Positions 25,476-25,477 of a DNA stretch of 25,477 nt are shown here, one piece after another. The position numbers and the translations under genes were made by a program. Each line of letters starts with the position of its first letter. Positions within the stretch are counted from its first letter, which is position 1. Source of the DNA: a virus (lineage: Duplodnaviria; Caudoviricetes); IMG/VR virus record IMGVR_UViG_3300044512_000031, positions 1 to 25,477 of that record; one strand, written 5' to 3'. Below the pieces are notes generated by a model, which made no database searches, was not told the origin of the DNA, and worked only from the letters and a program-made list of their open reading frames with translations.

Positions 25476-25477
25476 GT

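Noticed and set aside
1-25477. tRNA, rRNA or structured ncRNA genes
   Set aside because: Once the small ORFs are added, the window is almost fully coding. The largest gap (85 nt) holds a promoter and RBS, and no cloverleaf motifs were seen.

Overview
This window is a 25.5-kb fragment of a dsDNA phage genome, most consistent with an HMO-2011-type marine podovirus infecting Alphaproteobacteria. The main evidence is a family A DNA polymerase with a DnaJ-type CxxCxGxG insertion, encoded next to a primase, a helicase and a tyrosine integrase. Two gene blocks converge at 11374-11377. The + strand (1-11377) is a structural block: a repeat-propeller tail protein and three large putative internal virion/ejection proteins. 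The - strand (11374-25477) is the early/replication block: integrase, two HNH/EndoVII nucleases, primase, SF4 helicase, 2OG-Fe(II) oxygenase, PolA, SSB-like protein, exonuclease, endonuclease I, DUF3310 protein, class II RNR, an Rmf-like protein and MazG. I translated four small ORFs by hand that the ORF track missed. The most notable is a 50-aa protein (15872-16024, - strand). It is a free-standing copy of the YLxxNPDV...H(F/Y)xx(F/Y)GxxExR repeat found in several copies in the 1090-aa putative virion protein on the other strand. A manual scan also found no CCWGG sites, and two near-consensus sigma70 promoters both carry C instead of the usual T at -7. Family assignments come from motif recognition; no database searches were run.
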